Shown here: one piece after another, positions 52,981 to 64,000 of the stretch
How the letters are laid out: every line of letters begins with the position of its first letter
Numbering within the stretch: position 1 is the first letter of the stretch
Origin: Balanoglossus misakiensis
Taxonomy: Eukaryota; Animalia; Hemichordata
Direction: 5' to 3'
Assembly (NCBI GenBank): GCA_040954595.2
Contig: CM082579.2
Location: 5,567,525-5,631,524, forward strand
DNA length: 64,000 bases
The notes under the pieces: model-generated
Databases searched by the model: none
The model's input: the letters and a program-made list of their open reading frames with translations, nothing else
What the model was told of the DNA's origin: nothing
Made by a program: the position numbers and the translations under genes

Positions 52981-54194
52981 TTTGATGATTTCTCTCTCTT
53001 CAGTCTCTCTCGGTGTAATCCAACCACTTTTTGCTGTATTTCGTCACAGAAACCGGTTTCTCTTAGTCTTTACCTTTCAGCAAAATGTACTTGAATTTGA
53101 GTTATATTTTTGCCAGATTTCGACAGTGTCCGCCGGTTCGTCGCAACCTGTAGCCAACCACTCCCGTCGCGTCGCCGATAAGCCCGATAGTGAGTTGACA
53201 GCGTGGGGGCAATCTATCTAGCTCTCTCTCCCCGTCGTCGTTCTGTTTTGACGTATGAAAAACAAATACATTTACATGTTCACTTTTATGATTGATCACC
53301 AATAAATCTCTGTAAACAGCAATAAGCTAAGCCGGCATGGCCCGGCACATACAGGTACGAGGCGGTAAACACTAAATCGGTTTATCTGAGAAGTACTAGT
53401 ATCTTATTATTAGTTTCTACTTGGTAAGAGCGCGTGGAAAAAAACATATTTTCCATGTCACAAGGTGGAAAATCGTTTAAGATGTATCTATCTACCTATA
53501 GAACTGCCTATCGTCCTAAATACACATCACCAGCTTTGCACAGGTCATAAATCTGTCGGCGTACTTCGAGATTCCCGCCATTTGGAGCAGTGACCTGTCA
53601 CTTAATTTACCTTCTTTGGGGTTTAATATTTGATCAGTTAGGACGTAATACCATGAAAGTGCAAATCAAATCAATGCATCTTCCCCTGCTATAGTACTGT
53701 ATTAGCTTATATCGCATCGAATGTCATATTTGCGGTGGAGTTTGGACCCAATCATTTCGTCGCCAATCTTGAAAACTTACGCGATAGGCACTATCGTCTT
53801 CCCCTCGATCGACAAAAGCAATATGTGAATAGTGACTTTTGTGGATGACAAAATTCAGCAAAGGCTAACATTGCGACGGAAAGCTTATTCTCACATTCCG
53901 TATTAAACACGGCATAGCGCAGTACGATCACAGCAAGAGGATCATCATACAGCAATTTTTAATGATTAGCAAACTTAATTTTGGTTCAAGCTTGTAAATC
54001 GTAACCCCTCTGTTTTATGGCGAACCTCAGCTCGCGCATGTGTGGTTTGCCCGCCACGACTGTGTCACGTGAAACCGATTCATCATCATTCAACATCATC
54101 AATAAGTCATCTGTCATATTATGCGGTTATACCGGTAGTATATTTGATTGCTACTATGGTATTCACGAGCACGGTCCTACTTTGCTAACTTGTG

Positions 54195-54530
54195 ATTTTG
54201 AGACGTTTTTCATGGGTTATAGCTCATGAAAATTGTCAAAAATGACGGATTTCCGACCTTCGCGAAAGTTGGCGATTTGGTCATTTTGAGACGTTTTCAA
54301 GGGTTATAGCTCATGAAAATTGTAAAAAATGACGGATTTCCGACCTTTCCGAAAGTTGGCGATTTGGTCATTTTGAGAAGTTTTTCATGGGTTATAGCTC
54401 CGACTTTTGCGAAATTTGTTGATTTGGTCATTTTGAGACGTTTTTCATGGGTTATAGCTCATGAAAATCATCCAAAATTGAAATTTTTTCGACTTCGCTA
54501 ATTTTCAAAATTTCGTCATTTTTAAAAAAA
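54195..54530 (+). repeat. Diverged block of ~4 copies of the 88-bp satellite, forward orientation
   Basis: Core CATGGGTTATAGCTCATGAAAAT (or a close variant) recurs at ~54211, 54298, 54386 (followed by an internal deletion) and 54446. Confidence 0.9.
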
Positions 54531-54699
54531 AATAATTCAAAATTGAGGGCAAATTCCAAATAGGACAATGAAAGGAACTGGCAACACGCTTGTATTGATA
54601 GCGATTGGAGTAATTTTTGTCGAAGTGGTAAAATTGGACCCTCCAAACAAATGCAGATATTTGAAAATGTTTTGATTCTGATTCTGTGTCAGCACTTTT

Positions 54700-54765
54700 T
54701 GATGCGGGTCACGTGACGTGACTTATGACGCGTCATAGCAAAGTTTTCGCTGCTGATTGGTTGGA
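54700..54765 (+). promoter_or_regulatory. Promoter-like motif cluster
   Basis: Palindromic E-box GTCACGTGAC (54708-54717), palindrome TATGACGCGTCATA (54724-54737), ATTGG (54756-54760), followed by a strong donor GCG|gtaagt at 54926. Confidence 0.4.
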
Positions 54766-56179
54766 GCCACCTGGACCATCTCCACTTGGAAATATCCGTC
54801 TAGCCTTCCGTGAATTTACATAAGAGAGTCAGACGGCCACGCTGGTGCACGGACCACGAGAAGATGCGGAGAACTCTGCCCCCAAAACAGAGTTTCTCCG
54901 CTGGATAGTTTTCATGACGACAGCGGTAAGTGAAGTAACAGAAGTAGACACATTTACTCAATTTTTGAACAGAAACATGAGTTATTCTCTGGCGAGTTAC
55001 GGACAACTAAAAAGCCAGACGTTTACGCCACAGAATTGTAAAATTGGATGCGTCACAGTCAGACAGCTCGAGTCAGCGCTTCCCTGCGTTTTAATGCACA
55101 AATTCCACCCTTTCGCGTTACTCAACTTGAGATGTATGGTTTATCAAATTAAGACAGGTCGGTGTTATACCTCTACTAGTGGGCGGCATTTTATTGCATA
55201 AAAAACAAGCTAGTTTTTTTGGGAAAGGGGGGGGGGAGCTACGATGAATAGGTAGCGTGTTCGATGTGTAAATGAATGCAAATTTTGTATTATACTACCA
55301 GACAATGGCATAAATAAGCTTTGAAACGCTTCAATGGGAACAGTTATTTTTGTGTGTCCGTGCAGTCTTTGCCAAAAAACCAACTTATATTTGTCGGAGT
55401 TTAAAATGTTCCGCTTGGCTGTAAGCCTAAACTTGAAAATATGTAATGTACATAGTGCCATGCTGGGGTTTTAGGCTACTAGTCTGTCAGCGAAGCCCTA
55501 AAACATATTGTCGTCGTGTATGATGTACAATATGCGAGTGAACAACAGTTTAGCGTACGGTGATTACGGTTGATATTTGGTTTCGTGTTCATGGATAGCC
55601 ATTCAATTTATTTCCGTATTTTTTGCAGATGGAAGCCCCCGGTGAACTGATGATGTCCGTTCAACGTGGATGCTATGATGTTACAAGCAGGATGTCAAAG
55701 TAAGCGGTATCAGCCAAGTTTTTTGGCAATTTTTAAGAACTTTCAACGATATTGACTGGTGCCGGTAGCCAGTTCAGCGAACCGATTTTGCACAAATCTG
55801 AAGAATGCAACAATGCGGATGCTATATGTGGATGTCATTTCAAAGTTTTAATACCAACATGACTACATGCTCGGTGTATAGGTCATTTTTGTTACGGCAC
55901 CAACAAGTTCATCGGCTTTGTATGCTTCGAAAGGTGCTCGTTGTTGCGAGTGTGTGTGTGTGTGTGCATGAGTGTACGGTAAGTTGTACGGAATATTTGG
56001 GCCATGCAGCTAGACTACAATGAGGTGAGCGTTTGTATGTTCCATGGCTGAATGAAGACCAGTGGATGAAGTTTCGTAACAAGTAAGTTATATAGACATA
56101 AATAAAATCCCCGGTGCGGGTGGGTCCCATCCCTTAGACTGTTGGTTTAATATAATTAATACGCGTTTTTTTCAGGTAT

Positions 56180-57180
56180 GTAATCTTTCATCATTTTCAA
56201 TTAAAAAAACAAAAAAAAACATACATGTACTGATAAAACTGTGAGTGGTTTATTTCCGTACCGATCATCTTCACAAGTGCGTGTTTACTAGTAGTTAATA
56301 TAGGTTCTGTCAGATTTGTTATCTTTCGTCATTTTCAATAAAAAATAAAATAAAAACATACACGTTGTACTGATAAACTGAGTGGTTTATTTCCGTACCG
56401 ATCATCTTTACAAGTGCGTGTTTACCAGTAGTTAATATAGGTTCTGTCAGATTTGTTATCTTTCGTCATTTTCAATAAAAAATAAAATAAAAACATACAC
56501 GTTGTACTGATAAACTGAGTGGTTTATTTCCGTACCGATCATCTTCACAAGTGCGTGTTTACTAGTAGTTAATATAGGTTCTGTCAGATTTGTTATCTTT
56601 CGTCATTTTCAATAAAAAATAAAATAAAAACATACACGTTGTACTGATAAACTGAGTGGTTTATTTCCGTACCGATCATCTTTACAAGTGCGTGTTTACC
56701 AGTAGTTAATATAGGTTCTGTCAGATTTGTTATCTTTCGTCATTTTCAATAAAAAATAAAATAAAAACATACACGTTGTACTGATAAACTGAGTGGTTTA
56801 TTTCCGTACCGATCATCTTCACAAGTGCGTGTTTACTAGTAGTTAATATAGGTTCTGTCAGATTTGTTATCTTTCGTCATTTTCAATAAAAAATAAAATA
56901 AAAACATACACGTTGTACTGATAAACTGAGTGGTTTATTTCCGTACCGATCATCTTTACAAGTGCGTGTTTACCAGTAGTTAATATAGGTTCTGTCAGAT
57001 TTGTTATCTTTCGTCATTTTCAATAAAAAATAAAATAAAAACATACACGTTGTACTGATAAACTGAGTGGTTTATTTCCGTACCGATCATCTTCACAAGT
57101 GCGTGTTTACTAGTAGTTAATATAGGTTTTGTCAGATTTGTAATCTTTCGTCATTTTTCAATAAAATAACAATAAAAACG
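56180..57180. repeat. 137-bp tandem array, ~7 copies, alternating A/B variants (274-bp higher-order dimer)
   Basis: GAGTGGTTTATTTCCGTACCGATCATC at 56243, 56380, 56517, 56654, 56791, 56928, 57065 (period 137); a further degenerate copy at ~57220-57340. Confidence 0.97.
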
Positions 57181-58489
57181 TGCACGCATGTCTCCGTTAG
57201 CCTGTCTCATTTTGTATTGTTGAGATTTGTAATCTTTACCCGTTGACCACAACTGCAATCAATAAAACGTTATCGAAACATACTGGTATAACCCGAGTGG
57301 ATTACTTTGCACCCATCATCTGCACGTGTGTGTGTCTGTATGACTGTTATTATGGTGAAATATTTACTTTCATTTGCTTGTTTTGCAGATGCAGAGACCA
57401 GAGTTTTTTTCGCCATGCAGCGGTATAGCTGGGGAGGTAAGGGCAGGTATGTTCCGTGGCCGAACGATCATGACATGACATTCACTTCATTTTCTTGTTT
57501 TGCAGATCCAGAGACGAGATCAACTCATAATGGTATTCATCAACAAAGCTGGGGCCTAAGTTACTTGTTTTTTCGCCATACAGCAGTACAGCTGGGTGCG
57601 GTAAGGGCAGTATCTTCAATGGCTAAACGAAGACCAGAGGTTTCAAGTAAGGTTTGACAAACGATGTAGACATCAAAGCCCCTTATTTCATGCATGGCGG
57701 CCATTTTGAAGTGTTTTTTTTTTCCGATTCAGACTGATGCCTGCATGTAACAATATGTGGATGTAAATTCAATGTTGTAAAATCGATCCGACTGCTAGGT
57801 GTGGCCAGTTTGTTATGGCACAAACATGTTCGCCATCTTTGTAGGAGACATTCCGTTTACATACTTTTCTTTTATTCCAGAGATTCCATAGATGATGCTA
57901 AGATGATTGCCAACCCGTGTGATTGATGTCCAGAGATTACCGTATGGTTGTGGGAAGGTAAGAATTGTGTGAAAGAAATCTCTATCGTTGTGGTAGAATT
58001 TAATCAAGTTGCCAAATAGAGAGTGACATTCCAGGCAGCCATACATATTTGCATGATGTACCTTGTGCGAATAAACAACAATTGGCGTACAGTGGTCATC
58101 ATGCTTTCATGTCCATTGATATTATAGTCATTCATTAATTTTCTACATTGCTTGTTTTGCAGATGCAAAGACCAGATGGGTATCCGGCAACCAAGCTTAG
58201 TACGAAGTGTCAATTTACCGCGATGCAGCTGTAACTGTTACTGGCAGTCTGCAGTGACCACCTAACATCCAATGACAATAGTATTTCCTCTGATGTTTAC
58301 CAAGCTTATGACTTGATTGTGTATATTACAACTCATTGATTTTCTTTCCCTTTTTTTATATTGTAAGTCTACAGATAACACTGTATACATGTATCCTCTT
58401 GTTTATGGTTTCAAAAGTTTGAGATTAAAATTTTCGATGGACTAGATTAAACTGCAATACTTGTGTCTGTTTCATTTTATTACCCCAAC

Positions 58490-58960
58490 ACGAAAATTCG
58501 CAAAGTCGAAAAAGTGTCATTTTTAATTGATTTTCATGAGCTATAACCCATGATTTTTTTTAAAAAATGACCAAATTATGAAAATTCGCAAAGTCGAAAA
58601 ATCGTCAATTTTGGATGCTTTTCATGAGCTATAACCCATGATTTTTTTCAAAAAATGACCAAATTTTGAAAATTCGCAAAGTCGAAAAATCGTCGATTTT
58701 GGATGATTTTCATGAGCTATAACCCATGATTTTTATTTAAAAAATGACAAAATTTTGAAAATTCGCAAAGTCGAAAAATCGTCGATTTTTGAAGATTTTC
58801 ATGAGCTATAACCCATGATTAATATCAAAAAATGACCAAATTTTGAAAATCCGCAAAATCGAAAAATCGTCGATTTTTGAAGATTTTCATGATCTATAAC
58901 CCATGTTTTTTTTCAAAAAATGACCAAATTTTGAAAATTCGCAAAGTCGAAAAATCGTCG
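58490..58960 (-). repeat. Inverted block of ~5 copies of the 88-bp satellite
   Basis: CATGAGCTATAACCCATG (reverse complement of the core; one copy has a mismatch) at 58535, 58623, 58711, 58800, 58888. Confidence 0.95.
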
Positions 58961-61900
58961 ATTTGGTCATTTTTTGAAAAAAATCAGGGGTTATAGCTCA
59001 GGAAAATCATCCAAAATCGACGATTTTTCGACTTTGCGAATTTTCCAAATTTGGTCATTTCTTGATAAAAATCATGGGTTATAGCTCATGAAAATCATCC
59101 AAAAATGACAATTTTTCGACTTTGCGAAATATCGAAATTTCTTCATTTTTTTGAAAAAACCATGGGTTATAGCTCATGAAAATCATCCAAAAATGACAAT
59201 TTTTCGACTTTGCGAAATATCGAAATTTCTTCATTTTTTTGAAAAAACCATGGGTTATAGCTCATGAAAATCATCCAAAAATGACAATTTTTCGACTTTG
59301 CGAAATATCGAAATTTCTTCATTTTTTTGAAAAAACCATGGGTTATAGCTCATGAAAATCATCCAAAAATGACAATTTTTCGACTTTGCGAAATATCGAA
59401 ATTTCTTCATTTTTTTGAAAAAACCATGGGTTATAGCTCATGAAAATCATCCAAAAATGACAATTTTTCGACTTTGCGAAATATCGAAATTTCTTCATTT
59501 TTTTGAAAAAACCATGGGTTATAGCTCAGGAAAATCATCCAAAAATGACAATTTTTCGACTTTGCGAAATATCGAAATTTCTTCATTTTTTTGAAAAAAC
59601 CATGGGTTATAGCTCATGAAAATCATCCAAAAATGACAATTTTTCGACTTTGCGAAATATCGAAATTTCTTCATTTTTTTGAAAAAAAACATGGGTTATA
59701 GCTCATGAAAATCATCCAAAAATGACAATTTTTCGACTTTGCGAAATATCGAAATTTCTTCATTTTTTTGAAAAAACCATGGGTTATAGCTCATGAAAAT
59801 AATCCAAAAATGACAATTTTTCGACTTTGCGAAATATCGAAATTTCTTCATTTTTTTTAAAAAACCATGGGTTATAGCTCATGAAAATCATCCAAAAATG
59901 ACAATTTTTCGACTTTGCGAAATATCGAAATTTCTTCATTTTTTTGAAAAAACCATGGGTTATAGCTCATGAAAATCATCCAAAAATGACAATTTTTCGA
60001 ATTTGCGAAATATCGAAATTTCTTCATTTTTTTGAAAAAATCATGGGTTATAGCTCATGAAAATCATCCTAAAATGACAATTTTTCGACTTTGCGAAATA
60101 TCGAAATTTCTTCATTTTTTTGAAAAAACCATGGGTTATAGCTCATGAAAATCATCCAAAAATGACAATTTTTCGACATTGCGAAATATCGAAATTTCTT
60201 CATTTTTTTTAAAAAACCATGGGTTATAGCTCATGAAAATCATCCAAAAATGACAATTTTTCGACATTGCGAAATATCGAAATTTCTTCATTTTTTTTAA
60301 AAAACCATGGGTTATAGCTCATGAAAATCATCCAAAAATGACAATTTTTCGACTTTGCGAAATATCGAAATTTCTCCATTTTTTTGAAAAAACCATGGGT
60401 TATAGCTCATGAAAATCATCCAAAAATGACAATTTTTCGACTTTGCGAAATATCGAAATTTCTTCATTTTTTTGAAAAAACCATGGGTTATAGCTCATGA
60501 AAATCATCCAAAAATGACAATTTTTCGACTTTGCGAAATATCGAAATTTCTTCATTTTTTTGAAAAAACCATGGGTTATAGCTCATGAAAATCATCCAAA
60601 AATGACAATTTTTCGACTTTGCGAAATATCGAAATTTCTTCATTTTTTTGAAAAAACCATGGGTTATAGCTCATGAAAATCATCCAAAAATGACAATTTT
60701 TCGACTTTGCGAAATATCGAAATTTCTTCATTTTTTTGAAAAAACCATGGGTTATAGCTCATGAAAATCATCCAAAAATGACAATTTTTCGACTTTGCGA
60801 AATATCGAAATTTCTTCATTTTTTTGAAAAAACCATGGGTTATAGCTCATGATAATCATCCAAAATTGACAATTTTTCGACTTTGCGAAATATCGAAATT
60901 TCTTCATTTTTTTGAAAAAACAATGGGTTATAGCTCATGAAAATCATCCAAAAATGACAATTTTTCGACTTTGCGAAATATCGAAATTTCTTCATTTTTT
61001 TGAAAAAAACCATGGGTTATAGCTCATGAAAATCATCCAAAAATGACAATTTTTCGACTTTGCGAAATATCGAAATTTCTTCATTTTTTTGAAAAAACCA
61101 TGGGTTATAGCTCATGAAAATCATCCAAAAATGACAATTTTTCGACTTTGCGAAATATCGAAATTTCTTCATTTTTTTGAAAAAACCATGGGTTATAGCT
61201 CATGAAAATCATCCAAAAATGACAATTTTTCGACTTTGCGAAATATCGAAATTTCTTCATTTTTTTGAAAAAAACCATGGGTTATAGCTCATGAAAATCA
61301 TCCAAAAATGACAATTTTCCGACTTTGCGAAATATCGAAATTTCTTCATTTTTTTGAAAAAAACCATGGGTTATAGCTCATGAAAATCATCCAAAAATGA
61401 CAATTTTTCGACTTTGCGAAATATCGAAATTTCTTCATTTTTTTGAAAAAAACCATGGGTTATAGCTCATGAAAATCATCCAAAAATGACAATTTTTCGA
61501 CTTTGCGAAATATCGAAATTTCTTCATTTTTTTGAAAAAACCATGGGTTATAGCTCATGAAAATCATCCAAAAATGACAATTTTTCGACTTTGCGAAATA
61601 TCGAAATTTCTTCATTTTTTTGAAAAAACCATGGGTTATAGCTCATGAAAATCATCCAAAAATGACAATTTTTCGACTTTGCGAAATATCGAAATTTCTT
61701 CATTTTTTTTGAAAAAACCATGGGTTATAGCTCATGAAAATCATCCAAAAATGACAATTTTTCGACCTTGCGAAATATCGAAATTTCTTCATTTTTTTGA
61801 AAAAACCATGGGTTATAGCTCATGAAAATCATCCAAAAATGACAATTTTTCGACCTTTGCGAAATATCGAAATTTCTTCATTTTTTTGAAAAAACCATGG

Positions 61901-64000
61901 GTTATAGCTCATGAAAATCATCCAAAAATGACAATTTTCCGACTTTGCGAAATATCGAAATTTCTTCATTTTTTTGAAAAAACCATGGGTTATAGCTCAT
62001 GAAAATCATCCAAAAATGACAATTTTTCGACTTTGCGAAATATCGAAATTTCTTCATTTTTTTGAAAAAACCATGGGTTATAGCTCATGAAAATCATCCA
62101 AAAATGACAATTTTTCGACTTTGCGAAATATCGAAATTTCTTCATTTTTTTGAAAAAACCATGGGTTATAGCTCATGAAAATCATCCAAAAATGACAATT
62201 TTTCGACTTTGCGAAATATCGAAATTTCTTCATTTTTTTGAAAAAACCATGGGTTATAGCTCATGAAAATCATCCAAAAATGACAATTTTTCGACTTTGC
62301 GAAATATCGAAATTTCTTCATTTTTTTGAAAAAACCATGGGTTATAGCTCATGAAAATCATCCAAAAATGACAATTTTTCGACTTTGCGAAATATCGAAA
62401 TTTCTTCATTTTTTTGAAAAAACCATGGGTTATAGCTCATGAAAATCATCCAAAAATGACAATTTTTCGACTTTGCGAAATATCGAAATTTCTTCATTTT
62501 TTTGAAAAAACCATGGGTTATAGCTCATGAAAATCATCCAAAAATGACAATTTTTCGACTTTGCGAAATATCGAAATTTCTTCATTTTTTTGAAAAAACC
62601 ATGGGTTATAGCTCATGAAAATCATCCAAAAATGACAATTTTTCGACTTTGCGAAATATCGAAATTTCTTCATTTTTTTGAAAAAACCATGGGTTATAGC
62701 TCATGAAAATCATCCAAAAATGACAATTTTTCGACTTTGCGAAATATCGAAATTTCTTCATTTTTTTGAAAAAACCATGGGTTATAGCTCATGAAAATCA
62801 TCCAAAAATGACAATTTTCGACTTTGCGAAATATCGAAATTTCTTCATTTTTTGAAAAAACCATGGGTTATAGCTCATGAAAATCATCCAAAAATGACAA
62901 TTTTTCGACTTTGCGAAATATCGAAATTTCTTCATTTTTTTGAAAAAACCATGGGTTATAGCTCATGAAAATCATCCAAAAATGACAATTTTTCGACTTT
63001 GCGAAATATCGAAATTTCTTCATTTTTTTGAAAAAACCATGGGTTATAGCTCATGAAAATCATCCAAAAATGACAATTTTTCGACTTTGCGAAATATCGA
63101 AATTTCTTCATTTTTTTGAAAAAACCATGGGTTATAGCTCATGAAAATCATCCAAAAATGACAATTTTTCGACTTTGCGAAATATCGAAATTTCTTCATT
63201 TTTTTGAAAAAACCATGGGTTATAGCTCATGAAAATCATCCAAAAATGACAATTTTTCGACTTTGCGAAATATCGAAATTTCTTCATTTTTTTGAAAAAA
63301 CCATGGGTTATAGCTCATGAAAATCATCCAAAAATGACAATTTTCGACTTTGCGAAATATCGAAATTTCTTCATTTTTTTGAAAAAACCATGGGTTATAG
63401 CTCATGAAAATCATCCAAAAATGACAATTTTTCGACTTTGCGAAATATCGAAATTTCTTCATTTTTTTGAAAAAACCATGGGTTATAGCTCATGAAAATC
63501 ATCCAAAATGACAATTTTTCGACTTTGCGAAATATCGAAATTTCTTCATTTTTTTGAAAAAACCATGGGTTATAGCTCATGAAAATCATCCAAAAATGAC
63601 AATTTTTCGACTTTGCGAAATATCGAAATTTCTTCATTTTTTTGAAAAAACCATGGGTTATAGCTCATGAAATCATCCAAAATGACAATTTTTCGACTTT
63701 GCGAAATATCGAAATTTCTTCATTTTTTTGAAAAAACCATGGGTTATAGCTCATGAAAATCATCCAAAAATGACAATTTTTCGACTTTGCGAAATATCGA
63801 AATTTCTTCATTTTTTTGAAAAAACCATGGGTTATAGCTCATGAAAATCATCCAAAAATGACAATTTTCGACTTTGCGAAATATCGAAATTTCTTCATTT
63901 TTTTGAAAAAAACCATGGGTTATAGCTCATGAAAATCATCCAAAAATGACAATTTTTCGACTTGCGAAATATCGAAATTCTTCATTTTTTTGAAAAAACC
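58961..64000 (+). repeat. Homogeneous 88-bp satellite array (~57 copies, continues past the window end)
   Basis: Monomer CATGGGTTATAGCTCATGAAAATCATCCAAAAATGACAATTTTTCGACTTTGCGAAATATCGAAATTTCTTCATTTTTTTGAAAAAAC, e.g. starts at 59161 and 59249; very few substitutions. Confidence 0.99.

Noticed and set aside
63220-63637. Repetitive ORFs (MKKFRYFAKSK...) in the ORF track
   Set aside because: Translations of the 88-bp satellite opened by single-base homopolymer indels, which increase towards the window end and may be consensus errors.
58961-64000. Possible CRISPR array
   Set aside because: Units repeat in full with no unique spacers, there are no cas genes, and the context is eukaryotic.

Overview
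Eukaryotic (metazoan) genomic DNA with spliceosomal introns. Gene content suggests a marine invertebrate, possibly a non-vertebrate deuterostome (inference only). From left to right: the last two coding exons of a pirin gene (+); an intronless, divergent FoxL-like forkhead gene with a C-terminal eh1 motif (+); two tandemly duplicated galactose-3-O-sulfotransferase genes with two coding exons each (-); a tRNA-Arg(CCT) gene (-); and four intact tandem SLC6/NSS transporter genes (-; 616-642 aa, all exons traced by hand). The SLC6 proteins have a GlyT2-like scaffold but altered substrate, Na2 and outer-gate residues. One copy has a GC-AG intron and another has lost an intron precisely. The right end holds an 88-bp quasi-palindromic satellite. 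Short inverted blocks of it bracket a ~4-kb interior with promoter-like motifs, repeated splice-site modules and a 137-bp array of alternating variants. A sharp strand switch at ~58,945 leads into a homogeneous array of more than 4.9 kb that runs off the window. The most interesting signals are the remodelled SLC6 cluster and the satellite-armed, foldback-like structure.
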